The notes beneath the pieces are model-generated. The model made no database searches. It saw only the letters and a program-made list of their open reading frames with translations, and was not told the DNA's origin. From NCBI GenBank assembly GCA_963765895.1, contig CAVXZB010000032.1:1-64000 (forward strand): a stretch of DNA of 64,000 nt, written 5' to 3'. The position numbers and the translations under genes are program-made. Origin of the DNA: an uncultured Nitrososphaeraceae archaeon (lineage in GTDB: Archaea > Thermoproteota > Nitrososphaeria > Nitrososphaerales > Nitrososphaeraceae). This document shows, piece after piece, positions 59,257-64,000 of the stretch (positions are counted from its first letter, which is position 1; each line of letters opens with the position of its first letter).

Positions 59257-62200
59257 TGAACCTTCTAACGAAAATAATACACATTCTAAATAATAACTTA
59301 CCTTGGGTCTAAGAATAGATAAGTAATCATCGCTATAATATCATTTTTCAAGTAATAGTGTTTGTTTCACACTGATTTCCTTATTTATGAAGTAGATCTA
59401 AGCTCTACTTTGATAGATTCACTCCTTTACTGAATTAGAGTGTCAGTCTGGCGGCTGACATTCGTATTTCTAATACATAAGAAATTAGTATAGGTCGCAT
59501 TAAAAATAACTGCTTTAGTTTTATGGGTCTTCAAATATTTTACCTGGTCGAACTAAAATAAATTTTATGACTTGAGAGTATTGGAAGAATCTCTGAAATT
59601 TCTCTGAGGATTTCTTTTTATTTGATCTTAGGAAGAATACGCCCGAATACGAATAGTCATCTATGATCTAATAGAAAATACGCTATCCGTATCTGGCAAG
59701 TGTATCTCTATTAAACTGACCCTATTCGGAGTCATATTAATTCCTGCAGTCGTTTACTACAAACATACCGTTAAGTCATACATATACTTTGACGAACTTT
59801 TGTTAGGACACAGTATTAATAAATAACAAAGATAAGTTAGCACTAATTTTTAAGAAGTGGCAGACTATTGGTAAAGGTCTTTATCAATGTTGACCATTAG
59901 CGCAATACTTTGAACCGGGTTTTCGATCAAGGCTGGAGAAAATATCTAATTTTTTACCTATCATTGTGGGTGGTGTTGAAATTATATGAAAATATGCATA
60001 GTTTGTCGTTTCATAGATATTCAAAGCTAACTCAAATATATGAAAACGGTTGCGCGTTGAATATGACCAGGAAGGATACGATAACTCGCACATCATTTGT
60101 CAAGAAGACTTTATCTCACATTGAGCTACAGCTTGAAAGTGCGAATCTAAAAAGATTTATGGAATATGCAGCGAAACAAAATGAAAATTATAGTATATAT
60201 CAAACAGATCAGACAGATATAATTACTATAATAGAGAATTCGTTTGGTAATGAGATATCTTTTTTATATATATATTATTCAGGCAAGAAAGGTTGAATCT
60301 TGCCTGAATCCCAAGATGAACGCATAATGTCATCTAGTGTGTACGACTCGATGATGCATATTGATTATTCATATAAGCAAGAAAAAATGCCAGACCGAAA
60401 GATTTCTTACTATGGATCATTAAACGCGATCACGAAATCAAAGATAGATTTATGCTGTGGATGTAGGATCAATTGCTTACGAAGGGCAAATCATTGATCA
60501 TATGCGCAAACTTCAAGACGAGATATGATTATATTTAGATACTATACGCAGATTAAGCTTTAACTGGATTCATTATTACATGTTTGGCTTAACAGAGAAA
60601 ATCAAGAATAAATATTATTTGATCATACATATATGGCATATGTCACCCAATGTTCTGTCTCTAATCTTAAAATAATCATGCGTATAATGCGTTGGGTAAA
60701 TCTTTGTTATTATACTATAGGAACAATAATGTGTACCAGGAGTAAATTTAAGATGATATTTACAAATCACCGACCACAACAATACGAACCTGAAGCTGAT
60801 CATATCATATTGGACGAAACATGCTTATCGGCATAAGATTTGAATATGAGACTAATAATTAAAGATAATATATCCTACGTTTAAGTAGTATTAAGAGCAT
60901 ATTTAGATATAGAAATACAAAATGAAATTTAACTTCTTTCGTAAAAATTTCAAATGTATCTCATGTGGAGAAAAATTTAGAACTGAAGATAGCCTCAAGC
61001 AGCATAGTCAAATAGAACACAGAAAAAATACTTAGGTAATCTAGGTTTTTAACCCCTTGCTTATCTTGTTCTAATTGTCCCTAATTTATGGCTAACAGGT
61101 GGTACTAGTATACCTTCGGTCTTAAGCTTTGTTTAAAATCCCAGTTTTCGAGATCGTCACATTCGGACATGTTACGATATAAGCGGTATATGCAATGGTT
61201 GTCCATGGACAGAATAATGAGCACGCCTCCAACGTCTACTACTAAAACACCATCAACCGCCGGACTATTATATAATTTAACTATTAATTTAACCATTAAG
61301 GCCGCGAAAACTCACTTACGAAATTTGTCTATATGTCCCCTGATATTGCTAAATAGTTTTGTACTTATTAAATCATGTGAGCGGGATGGCAGCAGTTATC
61401 GTAGCAATTGCTATGATTACTACTATACTAGTATCCACGGTACCTATTACCTATGCGCAAAACATAATTACCAAACCAGTAACAAACTATACTTCTATAA
61501 CAATGCCGTCAATAGCAGGACTGAATGCAACTACAATTATTAATGCTATAAATACTAAAATCAAACTAATCTATGACGAGAAATCGTATAACACAACGAA
61601 CCCAGCAAATGATACAAAAATATTCTGACGAGGAAATATTTGGAGCAGACTGATAGTGGCATCTATCTGTTTCCGATAATAGTCTTACAGCTTCTTAACG
61701 AATAGTTCAGATTTTTAGGAGTCACTAACTACTAAATAGTCGCTATCTCTATATTCTTCGTGAAAGAATTACATTCTCCGTTCCGACTCCGTTGGTCTTG
61801 CAATGCTCTTGCCGAGTAATACCCAGAGCTGGACTGATAGTTATCTTACCAAAATTTGTATGATTTGTCCCCTACGTTTATCCTATTCATATTATTATGC
61901 TACTTGATGTATTACTTATCTTACTTAGTTAATACGGTTGTTAGGCTAAATCAGGCCGTGCCATTCCACTTGTCAGTAGGATTAGATTACCTAGCCTAAT
62001 AATGGTCATAATATATTGCTTAATACAAATAGATCTGCTAGCCTAGCCGAGAAGCCTTAATTAGGCATAGTATGTAGGGCTAATTGCTGTTCGAAGGCTC
62101 ATGCGATTGCCTCGAATTCAGCTGATATGTCATAGATCGGCAATCATGATCCTCTAGGACGCTGGATTCGGTTTGCGATCGTTTGGTTTGCTATACGTAA

Positions 62201-62382
62201 TATTTTCGGACTCTACAATCAGGCATGCTCCTACGAGATGTAATACCATAGATTTCAGTCAATTTTTGTAAAGATATTTGAATTAGTATCAATCTCAGTT
62301 ATTACATCTATCGAAGATAGATTCTAAGCCTATTATTTTATAGTATTAAATCCGATGTAGTTTACGTAATTATTGTTATAAT

Positions 62383-63591
62383 ATGGCAGCCGAAGAGAAT
62401 AATAATAATACTAATAATAATACTAATAATAATAGTAATACTGTCGCTACTATAAACTGGTATGATATAATAAATCAAGATACTAGAAGTATAGATGATG
62501 TATACCTAGGCAAGGTCAAGGGACTATATGAACCACTTATAGTTATTGAGAAGGGTACAATAAATAAAGAAAAACTCTATATTCCAAAATCTGTTATTGA
62601 AAAATATTCAGCCAATATTTTGTACCTCGGTATAACAGAACAGGAAGCAAAGGATATCTACACACGAGAATCGCCCCCATCAGCAGATGAGATCAAACAG
62701 ATAGAGACAATTACAGAAAATAGGATTCTGGCATCTAGGAGAAATAATATAGAAACTACAGAACAACGAGAAGATGGAGATGTAAAAAAACAACGACAAC
62801 AGCCAAAAAGTGAAGAGGAAGAAATCATTAAAAAGCTAAAATATGCAGCAACTGAACTTAAAGACTTACTAATTTCAGGAGCTAATGTAGCAAAAGAAAA
62901 GATCAAGGAAGGAAAAGATATTACACAAGAAAAGATAAAAGAACAACGAGAAGCGGCAGAGGAAAGAAAAGCTGAAAATGATGCAAAAAAGATATCTAAA
63001 ATGGGAGATTTAGCATTACAGTTTTCAACTTCTTTTGATGATATTTTATCAGAGATTTCATTAACCAGAACATATGCAGAACAAGAACAGATCTATAAAG
63101 GATTCCTAAGGCTAATACAAATGCAACGTAAACTTCTTGTCGCAAGAAAAGAGTTAGCTACCAAGTTAAAAGATTCGGTAGATAAACCAATCCTCATCAA
63201 CAACAACAACGATATAAAACAGCCAGAGTTAACACAAGACACTCAAAATCAACTTAACAAGGCATCTGAACTACCCATGCCACAACCACAACTACCTAAA
63301 ACAATTAGTACTGCTGAAGAAGAAGAAGAAGAAGAAGAAGAAATAAAATCAAAACCTCGGATAAAAATGGTCACCAAGAAAGATTCTGATATAGAAGTAA
63401 CACGTGATGAGGAATTGCCAGCAATGTCGTCATCATCATCATTGTCGTCAAATGCAGCTGCTGAATCACCTTCTACAGAGATTCCATCTACTGAAATCTA
63501 TTCTGCCAAAGGAGAAGGAAAAGAAGGAATGGCTATAGAAAAGAGAAAATTAGCTAATGAAAAAAGGAGTAGCAGGAATAAGAGTAAGTGA
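62383..63591 (+). CDS. PRC-barrel/DUF2171-like protein with a long coiled-coil/acidic tail
   Basis: Intact 402-aa ORF; N-terminal domain shared with 53692..54363. Confidence 0.7.
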   Translation: MAAEENNNNTNNNTNNNSNTVATINWYDIINQDTRSIDDVYLGKVKGLYEPLIVIEKGTINKEKLYIPKSVIEKYSANILYLGITEQEAKDIYTRESPPSADEIKQIETITENRILASRRNNIETTEQREDGDVKKQRQQPKSEEEEIIKKLKYAATELKDLLISGANVAKEKIKEGKDITQEKIKEQREAAEERKAENDAKKISKMGDLALQFSTSFDDILSEISLTRTYAEQEQIYKGFLRLIQMQRKLLVARKELATKLKDSVDKPILINNNNDIKQPELTQDTQNQLNKASELPMPQPQLPKTISTAEEEEEEEEEIKSKPRIKMVTKKDSDIEVTRDEELPAMSSSSSLSSNAAAESPSTEIPSTEIYSAKGEGKEGMAIEKRKLANEKRSSRNKSK

Positions 63592-63795
63592 GCAGTACAC
63601 TAAGAATGTAGTATACGTGGCTTTATATTCAACCTCTGATGGTTTTACAACTACTACTTTTCTTTCTTCAGCTGGTTTTTTTGCAGTCAACTCACTGTCT
63701 TTCTCTATCAGTGCTTCAGATGGATATGTGGTAGTAGATTCTTGAGAATTTGATAATTCTGGATCTTCCTCCTCCTTGTTCTTCTCATTGCTCAT
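63550..63795 (-). CDS. Small acidic hypothetical protein
   Basis: ORF with a plausible upstream TATA-like AT tract; no motif recognised. Confidence 0.35.
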   Translation of the reverse strand: MSNEKNKEEEDPELSNSQESTTTYPSEALIEKDSELTAKKPAEERKVVVVKPSEVEYKATYTTFLVYCSLTLIPATPFFIS

Positions 63796-64000
63796 AACAT
63801 ATACAGTTAAAGGTCTTTATGCTTAATAAAAAATTTACCGTCTATGATTAATAGGATTAATAGTACTAGTTATGACAGATATTACTGTGGACGAAATTAT
63901 GTCATATACATTTCACTGTAATGAATAAAGGAATATCCATTCGCTACCGAAAATCTTATTCATTCATAAGGCCTTCATTACGATAAGGATATTATATTCC

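Noticed and set aside
59300-62300. Short ORFs in an AT-rich region
   Set aside because: No recognisable motifs; probably decayed or spurious, though 61359..61628 may be a secreted-protein remnant
62395-63450. AAT, GAA and TCA trinucleotide runs
   Set aside because: In-frame poly-Asn/Glu/Ser low complexity, also seen in trxB and other genes here; not frame-switching

Overview
AT-rich archaeal DNA whose gene content (DUF6659-like, DUF2795, PsbP-like and PEFG-like exported proteins, cupredoxin remnant, archaeal Hsp20, family-typical tyrosine integrase and AEP primase) points to a soil ammonia-oxidising archaeon (Nitrososphaeraceae; inference). The left ~37 kb is a decaying integrative-element region: an AbrB regulator, an AAA+/MCM-like helicase, an AEP primase remnant, one frameshifted tyrosine integrase plus two integrase remnants, and IS5 elements. 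Two systems stand out. (1) Eight copies of an imperfect hairpin site, (TA)CAAGGGGTAAWTTTCTTTCA-loop-TGAAAGAAAWTTWCCCCCTTAGTAGT, between 13.6 and 30.6 kb. They separate mostly co-oriented cargo genes like an integron cassette array, but lack the attC consensus. (2) A STAND-like NTPase-TPR receptor and its adjacent small helical protein share a 23-aa Gly/Ile-rich N-terminal motif (15/23 identical), suggesting amyloid-type NLR signalling. A NACHT-pentapeptide gene also carries a clean, in-frame-reversible 270-bp internal inversion. The right part (37-64 kb) holds stress and housekeeping-like genes (metallophosphoesterase, response regulator, dodecins, DUF2795, Hsp20, trxB), many broken, plus IS481 and IS5 copies. 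Frameshifts are frequent and some may be long-read errors. No rRNA, tRNA or CRISPR array was recognised. All domain calls are from motif recognition by eye, not database searches.
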